A DNA stretch of 64,000 nucleotides from an uncultured Parabacteroides sp. (lineage in GTDB: Bacteria > Bacteroidota > Bacteroidia > Bacteroidales > Tannerellaceae): contig NZ_CANTZW010000017.1 of assembly GCF_947855115.1 (NCBI RefSeq), positions 13,355 to 77,354 of the forward strand. Direction: 5' to 3'. Positions within the stretch are counted from its first letter, which is position 1. Each line of letters opens with the position of its first letter. The position numbers and the translations under genes are program-made. Below the pieces are notes generated by a model that saw only the letters and a list, made by a program, of their open reading frames with translations, was not told the origin of the DNA and did not search any database. Of this stretch, positions 7,744-18,169 are shown piece by piece.

Positions 7744-9849
7744 ATGAGACAAATTTTACTTCTTCCATTAGCAGTTCTATTAACTGTGCCGGTCTTATCG
7801 CAAACTCCTGCCGATACGACACTTACCATACGGAATATCGAGGTACAAGGAGCTCGTTTCGCCGGATTAAGTGAGAGAGACGGAATGAGGTTCCTGCGGG
7901 TAGAGAACAATTTGAGTAGCATAACAAATACGGCTGCTGAGGCTTTCCGTCAGCTACCTTCCGTCGTGACGGATATAGAGGGGGCGGTTATTTATCGGGG
8001 ATCTAATAACGTAGGGATGCTGATCAACAATGTTCCTTATGGCTTGTTGGAGGAAAATAGTGGCGATGTATTGATTCAATTGCCTGCTACGTTTTTTAAT
8101 CAGGTCACGGTCGGATCGTTTCCTTCTATGATGACTGTTCCGGATGGAGAGTCCGGTATTATCAATTTAGTACCCCGGATGTATGGAAAGACAGATTCGC
8201 CTCTTTATGTTACATTGGGTGCGGGATGGAACGAACGTTATAACGCTGGTGCCGTATTGAATTTGCATCCGGGAAAATTCCATATTAACGCTAAGTATAA
8301 TTATCGTAAAGAGTATCGTGAACGTACGTATAGTAAACATACCCGGAACGCGAAAAACCAGACCCTCATGGATAATAATGCCACGGCTCGCCCGGATGTG
8401 CATGTCGCGGACGTGAAAGTGGATTATGATCTTTCTCCTAAGGATGTGATAACCGTACATGGCCTGTATCACCTGATGGATTATAGCCGCTATGGTCGTA
8501 TCAATAATCGGGTACTCAATACGAGTGGCGAGCAAATGAAGTATGTTATCCGAAATCGGTATAATGATCAGCGTCAGGAGGCATATGCCGCTGAGGCCTA
8601 TTGGAATCATAAGATATCGGATAATCAGGTTTTTTATACCGTATTTAATTATAATAACTTCTCGTATGATGAGGATAACGATTTCAAGAATGAGAATCCT
8701 CAAAACGGGAATATTGTAGCGGAGGATAATCAGTTTATCGATCAAAAGAAGCATAATTATTTCTGGGGATTCGGTTATGGCCAATATTTCGACGGGTGGA
8801 ATTTTAGTGTTGGTTACATTGGACGTGCCCGGAAAGAGGATTATCTTACGACTGCCTCAGACAAGAGCGATGATCTTTTTGTGCTGAACAAGTCGAAGTC
8901 TTATAATTATAATTTCAATCGGTATCTGAATTTGATTTACGCTACGGTAGAAAAGAGTTGGGGGAATCTAAATGTGGATTTAGGTGTACAAGCTGAGTTC
9001 AGTCATTTCAATTTGGATGAGTTCAGCCCTTCATGGGAGAATGATCCTTATTGGTCCGACGTGAAAGGCCGCTTAAATGAGAACTCCCGTTTCCATTTAT
9101 ATCCTCGTGCCCGTTTTACTTATGAGGTGAATAAAAATAATCATTTGAGTTTGAGCTATCAACAACGTGTGATTCGCCCGACTGGGGCTTATTTATGTTC
9201 TTTCTTGAATAATAGCGACGCTACGCACATTATCCAGGGTAATCCGGATTTAAAAGATGAGTTTATTCATCTGGTAGAATTAGGATATCAGTTTTCCGCT
9301 CCCCGTTTTCGCCTGACTCCGGCAATTTATTACCGAAATCGTACGAATCGTATTATGGAGGTCGCTAGTCAGATTAATGATGAGACGGTTTGGAAGAGAG
9401 AAAACATCGGGCATAGCCAAGCGGTAGGAGCCGACCTGTCCGGTAGTTGGAATCCGGTGCGAATCTTGACAATCGGTTTCTCCGGTGATGTCTACCGCGA
9501 TGAGATCGACGGGCGTACGATCGGCTATGACGAGAAGAAATCTTTGGTGTGTTGGGATGTCAAAGGAAATGTAAACGTAAGTATTACGCCGACTACGGAT
9601 TTCCAGATCGATGGTTTCTACATTTCCGACCAGCTTACGCCTCAAGGTAAGATCAAAAGCCGTTATAGCGTAAATGCCGGCCTTTCTCAGTATTTCCTCA
9701 ATCGGAAGTTGTGCGCGAATTTAAGTATCAATAATATATTCGATAGTTTGGAAGAAACTACGATTATTGATACCCCGAATTTGGAAATGACACAAAAGCG
9801 TAATCGTGATGCTAGGGTGGCTTGGCTTACGCTGACTTATTCTTTATAA
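7744..9849 (+). CDS. TonB-dependent-like outer membrane beta-barrel protein
   Basis: Signal peptide, plug-like N-terminus (AAEAFRQLPSVVTD..RG..NVGMLINN), GNPDLKDE motif, amphipathic strands, C-terminal LTLTYSL. Confidence 0.82.
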   Translation: MRQILLLPLAVLLTVPVLSQTPADTTLTIRNIEVQGARFAGLSERDGMRFLRVENNLSSITNTAAEAFRQLPSVVTDIEGAVIYRGSNNVGMLINNVPYGLLEENSGDVLIQLPATFFNQVTVGSFPSMMTVPDGESGIINLVPRMYGKTDSPLYVTLGAGWNERYNAGAVLNLHPGKFHINAKYNYRKEYRERTYSKHTRNAKNQTLMDNNATARPDVHVADVKVDYDLSPKDVITVHGLYHLMDYSRYGRINNRVLNTSGEQMKYVIRNRYNDQRQEAYAAEAYWNHKISDNQVFYTVFNYNNFSYDEDNDFKNENPQNGNIVAEDNQFIDQKKHNYFWGFGYGQYFDGWNFSVGYIGRARKEDYLTTASDKSDDLFVLNKSKSYNYNFNRYLNLIYATVEKSWGNLNVDLGVQAEFSHFNLDEFSPSWENDPYWSDVKGRLNENSRFHLYPRARFTYEVNKNNHLSLSYQQRVIRPTGAYLCSFLNNSDATHIIQGNPDLKDEFIHLVELGYQFSAPRFRLTPAIYYRNRTNRIMEVASQINDETVWKRENIGHSQAVGADLSGSWNPVRILTIGFSGDVYRDEIDGRTIGYDEKKSLVCWDVKGNVNVSITPTTDFQIDGFYISDQLTPQGKIKSRYSVNAGLSQYFLNRKLCANLSINNIFDSLEETTIIDTPNLEMTQKRNRDARVAWLTLTYSL

Positions 9850-9867
9850 AATAGGGCCTGTACCTGT

Positions 9868-9907
9868 GTTTCATCTTGTTCATCCAAAAGCATAAACAAG
9901 ATGAAAC
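9868..9907. terminator. Hairpin between convergent genes
   Basis: 13-bp perfect stem GTTTCATCTTGTT/AACAAGATGAAAC, 14-nt loop. Confidence 0.6.
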
Positions 9908-9972
9908 GCACGGAACGGTTGTACGTGAATAATTTCCTTTAATAATCAATGTATATCGAAGAATAGAGGTTC

Positions 9973-10197
9973 TTATTTGCGAGGTGTTTTTTCTTGTTTC
10001 TGGAAAATACGTTTTTTTAATTTCCGCTTTAATCGCAAAAACTGTAGTATAGAAAGTATACGTGTCAAGATCACGAATAAGATAACCCCTAACAAAATAT
10101 AGCGAATTATTGGCGATGTCATTTTACTCTCTTGTTCACTAATTTTATCCCAGTTCTTATTTAGGAATAACAAAATATAGAAAAATACTGTGGTCAT
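9973..10197 (-). CDS. Putative small membrane protein; start uncertain (MTSPIIRY alternative)
   Basis: Hydrophobic stretch YILLGVILFVILTRILSILQFL followed by a basic tail; downstream of AraC gene on same strand. Confidence 0.4.
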   Translation of the reverse strand: MTTVFFYILLFLNKNWDKISEQESKMTSPIIRYILLGVILFVILTRILSILQFLRLKRKLKKRIFQKQEKTPRK

Positions 10198-10328
10198 TAT
10201 ATATTATCGTTTACTAGATCATCCATATGGAAAGGTGTCTAAAATCAACAAGACAAAGATAAATGGGCATGACTTATTTGGAGTTATACAACTTAATAAA
10301 TTAAATGTATATTTTGATAGGGGAATAT

Positions 10329-11174
10329 TCACAATGACTTGAACTTTTTTCTTAGTTCCGTAGGGCTATACCCAAAACGTGCCTTGCAAAATTTGTAGAA
10401 ATGCGAATGCGACGAAAAGTCGAATTCATCAATTATATTCTTAAAGCTATCCTTGCAGTTTGCCATAGAGACTAATAGACGTTTGGATTTTTCTTGCATC
10501 AGCCATTCATAGGCTGGGATGCCAAAAGCCTTTTTAAACTTCATACGGAAGGAATTTACTCCGCAACCTACCAATTGAGCTAGATCAGTCACTGTTTTAG
10601 CTTTCATGTAATTTTCGGCGATTAGTCTCTCGAACTCTGATGAATGTGTACTTGATAAATAGAAAAAGTAGTCTAATTCTTCTTTCTTATAAAGAGTCTT
10701 CAATAAATAGAATAACTCTGTTCTTTTTAATTCATACAAGGAGTAGTCCGGTAGATTTTTTTCGAGATATTGTCCGATGAGTTCTAGAAAGGCATACAAT
10801 GGTTCCTCTATTTTCAGTTCTATCCATTTGGAGATGGGTTGGGGCAGTATTCCGTATGGGTGTTGGTAATACGGTAACTCGTTCATGGATAAACTGTCAA
10901 AAAAGAAGATAATGACTTTTGATCCCAGTGTGATATCATACGTATAATTCTCGAATGATCTTAAAAAGATCATATATCGTTCATCAATTGTCCTTTTTTC
11001 TTCTTTATTGGAATATATGGTTATAGATCCGGTTAGGATAAAAATAATCATATCACTGGATAGACCGGATAAGGTTTGTCTTATTTCCTCTGTCATCGAT
11101 ATTAAGCTAAAACCGGCATGTAGGATTCGTTTTTCAGATGTTTCTGGAGAAATTCTGTTGATTAGTTTGTTCAT
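10329..11174 (-). CDS. AraC family transcriptional regulator
   Basis: C-terminal double HTH: TVTDLAQLVG..FRMKFKKAFG..FDFSSHSHFYKFCKARFGYSPTELR. Confidence 0.88.
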   Translation of the reverse strand: MNKLINRISPETSEKRILHAGFSLISMTEEIRQTLSGLSSDMIIFILTGSITIYSNKEEKRTIDERYMIFLRSFENYTYDITLGSKVIIFFFDSLSMNELPYYQHPYGILPQPISKWIELKIEEPLYAFLELIGQYLEKNLPDYSLYELKRTELFYLLKTLYKKEELDYFFYLSSTHSSEFERLIAENYMKAKTVTDLAQLVGCGVNSFRMKFKKAFGIPAYEWLMQEKSKRLLVSMANCKDSFKNIIDEFDFSSHSHFYKFCKARFGYSPTELRKKFKSL

Positions 11175-11315
11175 GAAAATATTGGTATTTAGTTTATTAT
11201 AAGAATCTTGCTCCCTTCGGTAAATCTAAATGCAAAAGAAGCGCAATGTACGAGTATGGTCTGTATACAAACTATCATTTTTTGTATACAATGTGATATG
11301 AATGAAAAATAAATA

Positions 11316-11340
11316 GGAATCAGAGTGATTCTCTGATTCC
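11316..11340 (-). terminator. Terminator of the mannan operon
   Basis: Perfect 10-bp stem GGAATCAGAG/CTCTGATTCC followed on the minus strand by TATTTATTTTT. Confidence 0.7.
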
Positions 11341-11522
11341 TTGTAAAATAAGATCTCCCATATTTTTGAGAGAAAAATTAAGTGAACTAATACCTTAAGA
11401 GCAATTTCTATTATCACAATAGAATGAAGTCAAACTAAATACTTCTTATGAATAAAAATAGGGTGTAATGTGCGAACAAGCTTGAATATTATAACGTATT
11501 GAATATCCCCTTGTGATTCGTT

Positions 11523-12944
11523 TTATTTATCCGTACGGAAAGGAAACATCGGCAACCCGTGTATATTTTGTAAGTTTCCTATTTGAAAGTTCCGGAAAGC
11601 GTAGCGGACAGCAATCGGAGCTTTTACACCCGGAGCGGAAATGATAACCGTTTTCTTGTTGGGGTCTATAGCTGCGTTTGCTTTGTGGAAACGCATGTCT
11701 TTCCCGGCGATCTCGAAGCCTATGATCCCGTTATCACGGTTGAAACCTTCTTCTGCGTTCTTGAAAGAAAGGATGATTTTATCCTTGTCGATTTCCATAT
11801 GGTCGTATTCAGGCCCCTCACAGGCGATGGTCGTGTAGCCATATGTTTTGTTTAGGGCCATATAGCAAAGACGTTCGCCGATCTTTTGTTTCTCTTTCGG
11901 ATGTATTTGCCGTTTTTCGTAATCTTGTACTAAATCGTTTGTGGAGACGATACCACTGTTTGGGATCAAGCGTGTGGCATTGTATTGTTCCTCGCGGAGG
12001 TATGCGGCTTGGTCACCCTCTCCATATTCATAGGGGGCTATTTCTACAAGATAGAAAGGTAATTCTCCTTGTCCCCATAATCCTCTCCAATGTTCTACCA
12101 TTGTCACCAGGCGTTTAGCGTAGTCGGGATGTCCGACGTTCGATTCTCCTTGATACCACAAAAAGCCTTTGATCGTATATTTACTGGCAGGTTCCAGCAT
12201 TCCATTATACATAATCATGGGTTGTAGCATTGGATGGATTTTCTTGTCGTTACCCGCTAGAGATAGATCGATGTCGCTATAATTTTGCAGGATATCTTTG
12301 GGCAGCCAACCTTCAACCGTGGAACCACCCCAACTACAGTTGATGATACCTACCGGGACATTCAGTACTTCAGTCAGCAGGGTCGCGAAGAAATAGGCTG
12401 TAGCTCCAAAGTCAGGGGCATTTTGCGGATCGCATATTTTCCATTCTCCACCTACCGGGTAATCTCTTGGCTCCAGTGCGCCTACTCGTTGGATTGTAGC
12501 GTAACGAATCGAGTTCTTGTATTTCCCGGAGGTAGCGATGGCGTGATTGCCTCCCTCGATAGGACAGTGCCAGAAACCTCTTAATGGCATTTCCATGTTA
12601 GACTGGCCGGAGCCGAACCATACCTCTCCGATCAAAAGATCGTGCAAGACGATCTTGTCTTGTCCATTCTCTAATGTGATTTGTTGCTTCTCAAAACTGG
12701 CTGAAGGTGTTTGAAGCCAAATTTCCCATGCGCCTTGCTCGTTTACTTGGGCGGTGTATTCTGTATTATCCCAAGAGCTACGGACTTTCATGATTGATTT
12801 TGGGGTGGCGTTTCCCCAGAGCCTTACTTTAGTGGCTTGTTGTAGTACCATATTGTCGCCTACTAAAGCCGGAAGCTTGATCTCGGCAAGCAAATGGGCG
12901 CTGCAAATGAATAAAGCGATTAGTAGAAGATTGATCTTATTCAT
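11523..12944 (-). CDS. Sialate O-acetylesterase (SASA/SGNH) family carbohydrate esterase
   Basis: Signal peptide, VGDNMVLQQ, GQSNME, WYQGESN, IHPKEK. Confidence 0.88.
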   Translation of the reverse strand: MNKINLLLIALFICSAHLLAEIKLPALVGDNMVLQQATKVRLWGNATPKSIMKVRSSWDNTEYTAQVNEQGAWEIWLQTPSASFEKQQITLENGQDKIVLHDLLIGEVWFGSGQSNMEMPLRGFWHCPIEGGNHAIATSGKYKNSIRYATIQRVGALEPRDYPVGGEWKICDPQNAPDFGATAYFFATLLTEVLNVPVGIINCSWGGSTVEGWLPKDILQNYSDIDLSLAGNDKKIHPMLQPMIMYNGMLEPASKYTIKGFLWYQGESNVGHPDYAKRLVTMVEHWRGLWGQGELPFYLVEIAPYEYGEGDQAAYLREEQYNATRLIPNSGIVSTNDLVQDYEKRQIHPKEKQKIGERLCYMALNKTYGYTTIACEGPEYDHMEIDKDKIILSFKNAEEGFNRDNGIIGFEIAGKDMRFHKANAAIDPNKKTVIISAPGVKAPIAVRYAFRNFQIGNLQNIHGLPMFPFRTDK

Positions 12945-12974
12945 ATTTAATAGTTGTTTAAATAAAAATCCTGG

Positions 12975-14171
12975 TTATGAGATCTTGCGCTCGATAATCT
13001 CCATGCACATACGTCCGTTGTGGTAGGGGCATTTCCAGAAACCCGCCTTATCATCCTTGCGGTTGATCTCGTGGTTGAGTGATACACTCCAATGCCATTC
13101 CCCTTGTTCCCTGTCAATTAAATAGCGTTGGATGAATTTCCAGCATTTATAGGCAGTGTCTAAAGCAGGCTCATCTCCGAAATGCTGGTACAGGTTGAGG
13201 TGGCCGATTACGTTCTCAGCCTGTACCCACCAATGCAAGTCCGTATCGGCTTTCCGCTCATTCGGATGATACTCGTAAATAAGGCTGCCGTTTGCCAATA
13301 ATCCCTCTTCGGCCGCTATCGCTATCTTTTGTGTCAAAGGTTCTACTTTTTGAAGAATCTCATTGTCTCCCAATTCTATAGCGGCCTCGTGTAGTAACCA
13401 AGAAGCCTCTATGTCATGTCCGTAAGAGATGATACGATATTTACTTTCCCAGTCCTCGTTGAAGAAGAGGTTTAGATGATAGGTCTGATGATCCAAGATC
13501 TTGTCGGTGAAAATCAGGATCAAGTTACGGAGTTGTTTTTTTAGACGTTCGTCTTTCCATACCCGGTACAGATTGGTATAAGGTTCGAGGATATGCAGAT
13601 GGGTATTCATCGTCTTTTTTTCATTCTCGTCCTTATCACTTAGCCGCATGTCCTCTATCTGTCGCCACTCTTTCGTAAAGGCTTCCATATAACCGTTCTT
13701 TTCCGGGTCGAAGCTATATCGCTCGATCGTATTGAATAGGTGGATCGCGTAATCCAACGCCTCCTTGTCTCCGGTAGCCCGGTTGTATTCGCTGAATCCA
13801 TAGATTGCGAATCCTAGGGCATAAATTTGTTTTTTCGTTTGTACAGGCTGTCCGGTATAGTCTAATTCCCAGTAAATACCCTCGAATTCTTGGTCATAGA
13901 ATTGATCGATAAGATAGCGTTTGGCACGGGTTGCCGTTTCTAGGTATTCCGGTTTCCGCAATAAACGGTATGCGGCAGAAAAAGTCCATAAGATACGGGC
14001 ATTTAAGATAGCACCTTTATTGGCATACGCTACTAGCTGGTTATTTCCCGTGATTTGTCCGTGGAAACCGCCATGCTCGTTATCGGTCATTTTATTTATC
14101 CAGAAAGGGAGGATATTATTCTCTAATTCCCGTTGAACCTCATTTTGCAGTGTCTCTATTATTTTACTCAT
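12975..14171 (-). CDS. Cellobiose/mannobiose 2-epimerase (AGE family)
   Basis: NARILWTFS, KTMNTHLHILE, SYGHDIEASW, WWVQAE, WKCPYHNGR. Confidence 0.92.
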   Translation of the reverse strand: MSKIIETLQNEVQRELENNILPFWINKMTDNEHGGFHGQITGNNQLVAYANKGAILNARILWTFSAAYRLLRKPEYLETATRAKRYLIDQFYDQEFEGIYWELDYTGQPVQTKKQIYALGFAIYGFSEYNRATGDKEALDYAIHLFNTIERYSFDPEKNGYMEAFTKEWRQIEDMRLSDKDENEKKTMNTHLHILEPYTNLYRVWKDERLKKQLRNLILIFTDKILDHQTYHLNLFFNEDWESKYRIISYGHDIEASWLLHEAAIELGDNEILQKVEPLTQKIAIAAEEGLLANGSLIYEYHPNERKADTDLHWWVQAENVIGHLNLYQHFGDEPALDTAYKCWKFIQRYLIDREQGEWHWSVSLNHEINRKDDKAGFWKCPYHNGRMCMEIIERKIS

Positions 14172-15556
14172 TTGTTTTCTTGTCTTTTGGTTTCTAATGT
14201 AGCGGTAATTTCCTTCATTTTTATTTCGCTAAGTGGATAGAAGGCGATAAATATAACGGAAAGGATCGTACCTATGGCTGGTAAGAAACTGAGGAACATC
14301 TTGATTCCGCTGATCGTTTCCTCGCTTTGTACGGTATTTGCCTGGAATCCGAAGAAAGCGAGTAACCAGCCTGTGATAGCCGTACCGATCGCCCATCCGA
14401 ACTTCTGGCTCATCGACGAGGAGCTGAATATCAATCCTGTGGCACGATTCCCTGTTTTTAATTCTGAGTAGTCTGTACAATCGGCGTACATAGACCAAAG
14501 TAGGGGGAAAATACTGCCGGCGCAAATACTGATCAGTACTTGGAACGTGAAGATCAGGGCCAGATCCGTCTTGTCGAGCCAGAAGAAGATAATACTTAAG
14601 ACCGAGGCGATTAACATGGAGCCCATATAAGTTCTTTTCTTTCCGATCCGGTTACTTAATGGGGCGGCTAAAATTACGCCGACGATATTGGCCGCTTGCC
14701 CTACCGCCAGATATAATCCGCTTAGGACGAAGGAGACTCCGAAAAGGGATACGTTGGCATATGCTTCCTCTACGATAAAATATTTGAAATAATATACGGT
14801 AGCTCCGTCACGGATGGAATTGAAGACTAATGCGGAGACTCCCGCTCCCAGTAAAATCCACCAAGGCTTGTTGTGCAATAGGTCTTTCAAGTCTTCTTTT
14901 AACGAGCCTTGTTGCTCCTTGATCGGTTTCACCCGTTCTTTTGTCCATGCGAAACATCCATAAAAGAGAATGGCGCACATTATGGCGATAACTACGACCG
15001 CCATGGTCCACCCATGTTGTTGGTCGGCCAATTCATCGCTATTTCCGCTAAAGAAGTGTACCATCGGCATAAATAGCAATAAGGCTATGAAACTACCGAT
15101 ATAAGCGAATACCATGCGATACGTAGAAAGGGTATTACGGTCTTGTGGCAACGGGCTCATTACCCCAAGTAGGGACGCATAAGGCACGTTTATGGCAGAG
15201 TACACCATCATCATTAAAGAATAGGTGATATAGGCATAGATCAAATTACCTGTTTGTCCGAAAGAAGGAGTCATAAAAGTTAACACCCCGATTGCCGCAA
15301 ACGGGATCGCTAGCCAAAGCAAGTAAGGACGGAATTTTCCCCAGCGTGTTTGCGTACGATCTGCCACGACACCGACAATCGGGTCGAAGACCGAGTCCCA
15401 TACACGGGTTATCAGGAACATCGTACCTACGGCGGCAGCCGGCAACCCGAATACATCTGTGTAGAAAATCATCAAATAAGCGCCAAACAGTTTCCAGAAC
15501 ATAGACGATGCCATATCGCCGAAACCGTAGCCTATCTTCTCTGTGAGTTTGATCAT
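14168..15556 (-). CDS. GPH-family sugar:cation symporter (MFS)
   Basis: GYGFGDMASS, DPIVGVVADRTQTRWGKFRPY, about 12 hydrophobic segments. Confidence 0.92.
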   Translation of the reverse strand: MIKLTEKIGYGFGDMASSMFWKLFGAYLMIFYTDVFGLPAAAVGTMFLITRVWDSVFDPIVGVVADRTQTRWGKFRPYLLWLAIPFAAIGVLTFMTPSFGQTGNLIYAYITYSLMMMVYSAINVPYASLLGVMSPLPQDRNTLSTYRMVFAYIGSFIALLLFMPMVHFFSGNSDELADQQHGWTMAVVVIAIMCAILFYGCFAWTKERVKPIKEQQGSLKEDLKDLLHNKPWWILLGAGVSALVFNSIRDGATVYYFKYFIVEEAYANVSLFGVSFVLSGLYLAVGQAANIVGVILAAPLSNRIGKKRTYMGSMLIASVLSIIFFWLDKTDLALIFTFQVLISICAGSIFPLLWSMYADCTDYSELKTGNRATGLIFSSSSMSQKFGWAIGTAITGWLLAFFGFQANTVQSEETISGIKMFLSFLPAIGTILSVIFIAFYPLSEIKMKEITATLETKRQENK

Positions 15557-15574
15557 ATTAGTGGTTTTTGTATA

Positions 15575-16747
15575 TTATTTTACAAGTGAGAGATTCCGAT
15601 CGATAAGCTTTTTCAACGTCTCGACAGATGCGGATGTAGTCAGTCCATCGGCAGGAGTGTTCATACAATAATCTACCAGTTTATCGATTGTGGATACAGC
15701 CACGTGCATGCGGGTATCGGAAGATGCGTAGTAAATATATACGGTTCCATCCTCATCGGCGATCCATCCGTTGGAGAATAACACGTTGGATACATCGCCA
15801 ACTCGCTCTCCTTCTTCCGGAGCCATGAAATAACCGGCTGGCGTGGCGATGGGTTTCGCGGGATCTTCCAGCGAGGTCATGTACATATAAAGTACATAAC
15901 GTAATCCGGCGGCACAGCCCCGTACGCCATGAGCCAGATGCAACCAACCTTTCGGGGTCTTGATCGGATGGGGGCCTTCGCCATTCTTTACTTCCTTGAT
16001 CGTATGGTAGTAACGTTGGTCGATAATGGTTTCCTCCTCGACTTCGGCATGTGTGATATCATCAATCAAAGCCCATCCGATACCACCGCCACTTCCGGCA
16101 TTGATAAATCCGTCTTGCGGGCGGGTATAAAGGGCATATTTACCATTTACGAATTCCGGATGTAAGACAACGTTACGTTGTTGGCTCTTACTTTTTAAGT
16201 CAGGAAGACGTTCCCAGTTTTTCAAGTCTTTTGTCCGGGCGATAGCGGCAGTGGCGGTTGCCGAGGACAAATCGCCGGGGGCCGCGTCCGGGTCGTGACG
16301 CTCGGCGCAAAAGATACCGTAAACCCAACCATCCTCATGGGCGGTCAGGCGCATGTCGTAAATATTTGTAGCCGGGACGAGATCATCCGGCATGGTTACC
16401 GGGTAATCCCAGAATCGGAAATTGTCTATCCCGTTCGGGCTTTCGGCTACGGCGAAGAAGGATTTACGGTCGTTTCCTTCTACACGTACCATTAATATAT
16501 ATTTGCCGTTCCATTTGATCGCGCCGGAGTTCATGGTAGCGTTCATGCCGATACGTTCCATCAAGTAGGGATTTGTCTTTTCATTTAAGTCGTATCTCCA
16601 GAAGATCGGGGTATGCGCGGCTGTCAGTACAGGGTATTGATAACGGGTGAAGATTCCGTTTCCGTCTTCTAAAGGGATGTTTTTTCGGCTTAACAAGGTT
16701 TCGTGTTTGGCGAAGAGCTTGTTTACTTTTTCTTGAAATTGTTCCAT
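15575..16747 (-). CDS. mgp: 4-O-beta-D-mannosyl-D-glucose phosphorylase (GH130)
   Basis: [55 protein letters not shown]; gene order matches the Bacteroides fragilis manA-mgp-symporter-epimerase operon. Confidence 0.88.
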   Translation of the reverse strand: MEQFQEKVNKLFAKHETLLSRKNIPLEDGNGIFTRYQYPVLTAAHTPIFWRYDLNEKTNPYLMERIGMNATMNSGAIKWNGKYILMVRVEGNDRKSFFAVAESPNGIDNFRFWDYPVTMPDDLVPATNIYDMRLTAHEDGWVYGIFCAERHDPDAAPGDLSSATATAAIARTKDLKNWERLPDLKSKSQQRNVVLHPEFVNGKYALYTRPQDGFINAGSGGGIGWALIDDITHAEVEEETIIDQRYYHTIKEVKNGEGPHPIKTPKGWLHLAHGVRGCAAGLRYVLYMYMTSLEDPAKPIATPAGYFMAPEEGERVGDVSNVLFSNGWIADEDGTVYIYYASSDTRMHVAVSTIDKLVDYCMNTPADGLTTSASVETLKKLIDRNLSLVK

Positions 16748-16784
16748 GATGTTGCTGTTTTGAAATGGTATTATCAGATGGTGG

Positions 16785-16809
16785 GAGACGGGGCACGCCC
16801 CGTCTCTAC
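16785..16809 (-). repeat. REP-like GC-rich hairpin with GTAG foot
   Basis: Minus strand reads GTAGAGACGGGGC-GT-GCCCCGTCTC; perfect 10-bp stem between GH26 and GH130. Confidence 0.7.
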
Positions 16810-16848
16810 AACTGGATATGATGTGAGTTATTTGGTTTATGTGTGATG

Positions 16849-17955
16849 TTATTTATATAGGTTAATGTCGGAGGCGAACAGTGTTTTCGGATTTTTATAG
16901 AAATTCTTGAAATCCTCGGCGGAGGCTTGTCCGGGATAAGGGCCAAAGAAATGGGAGATTTTCTCGCGGGCGTTTCTCCATACCAATACGTAAGCGACCG
17001 GATATTTTTCGATGGCGGGCAACAAGGTTCCCGTCCACCACGCGGAGTCTGGTATTCCTTCGTAACCGGTCTCTGTGATCGCTATGATCTTGTCGTTGGC
17101 TTTGCCTATGCTGTCTATTACGGAAAGGCAGGTATCCATGCTTTTCAAGAAGAAGTCTTTATCTTCCCGTTGGTAAGCGTCGAAACCTAGTACATCGATC
17201 AAGTCGTGTCCGGGGTAACGTTCCAGATAAGACGCTTGATCCTGTGGTTCTGTCCCCGTGGAATAAGCGTATACGATCTGATCTGTCGCTCCGTGAGCGT
17301 TTAGGTAATCGGCAGTCATTCGCCATAACGCTTTGTATTCGTCGGTGGTACATAAATTCTGTCCCCACCAGAACCAACTTCCGGTATGTTCGTGCCAAGG
17401 ACGGAACAGGACAGGGATCTTAGTGCCATCGCTTGTTTTCAGGGAAAGGATGAAATCATTCACCTTTCCTAGCCAACCTTGGAATTTAGTATAGTTCTCC
17501 CCTTCCGGAAGGATTGATTTTACGACGGTACTGTCTGATACATCCCATGCGTCTCCTCCGGTTTTAGGATTACGAGGATGCCAGCTTAAGGATACCAAAC
17601 CTCCCCGGTTATATTGGTTGATGATTTCTTGCCGTATCTTCTCGAAGGGAACTTTATCAAGGCTCTTATCTCCCCCAAGCTCGATCTCTCCAAGATCAAA
17701 ACTGATAACAGCCGGATAATCACCGCATACTTTTTGTACATCCGAGCCCCCTTCCTCAAATTCCCATCCGATACCATAAACCGTATCATCATGATGTCCG
17801 AACATGATTCCTTTTTGTGGAATCGCACGCAGGTTCTCTATTAAACGTTCTTTCGGCAAAACCTGTCCGGTGGTTGACTCTTGGCCTTTCTTCGATGGAG
17901 AACAGGCTATTAGTGCTCCTAAGCATAACATGGTGATTAATTTTGTGTTCTTCAT
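16849..17955 (-). CDS. GH26 beta-mannanase/mannobiohydrolase, lipoprotein
   Basis: LIAC lipobox, [19 protein letters not shown] (acid/base Glu), AITETG (nucleophile); start placed at MKNTK. Confidence 0.92.
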   Translation of the reverse strand: MKNTKLITMLCLGALIACSPSKKGQESTTGQVLPKERLIENLRAIPQKGIMFGHHDDTVYGIGWEFEEGGSDVQKVCGDYPAVISFDLGEIELGGDKSLDKVPFEKIRQEIINQYNRGGLVSLSWHPRNPKTGGDAWDVSDSTVVKSILPEGENYTKFQGWLGKVNDFILSLKTSDGTKIPVLFRPWHEHTGSWFWWGQNLCTTDEYKALWRMTADYLNAHGATDQIVYAYSTGTEPQDQASYLERYPGHDLIDVLGFDAYQREDKDFFLKSMDTCLSVIDSIGKANDKIIAITETGYEGIPDSAWWTGTLLPAIEKYPVAYVLVWRNAREKISHFFGPYPGQASAEDFKNFYKNPKTLFASDINLYK

Positions 17956-17980
17956 GATAATTGTCATTTCTTTATGAATA

Positions 17981-18045
17981 CAAATGTAAGAGGTCTTGTA
18001 TATATAATCTAGTATTATTTTATCAGATAACGATATTATATTAAT
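17981..18045 (-). promoter_or_regulatory. -7 promoter box and putative activator site of the mannan operon
   Basis: TACATTTG (17981-17988, minus); + strand TATTATTTTATC at 18013 and degenerate copy at 18034 (21-bp period); same layout as upstream of susC. Confidence 0.65.
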
Positions 18046-18103
18046 TTATCTTATTCTTGGTAATCATCTGGATTTTTTTAGATACAGACTGCGAACAGAT
18101 CAT

Positions 18104-18145
18104 GCACGAACCTAATGGATTCATAAAGAAACATTAGATCCGTGC
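18104..18145 (-). terminator. Hairpin at the end of the DUF6057/propeller cluster
   Basis: 14-bp stem GCACGGAUCUAAUG/CAUUAGGUUCGUGC pairs fully on the minus strand with two G-U; no clear U tract. Confidence 0.45.
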
Positions 18146-18169
18146 GCTACATTTTGTAAATGTTACTTT

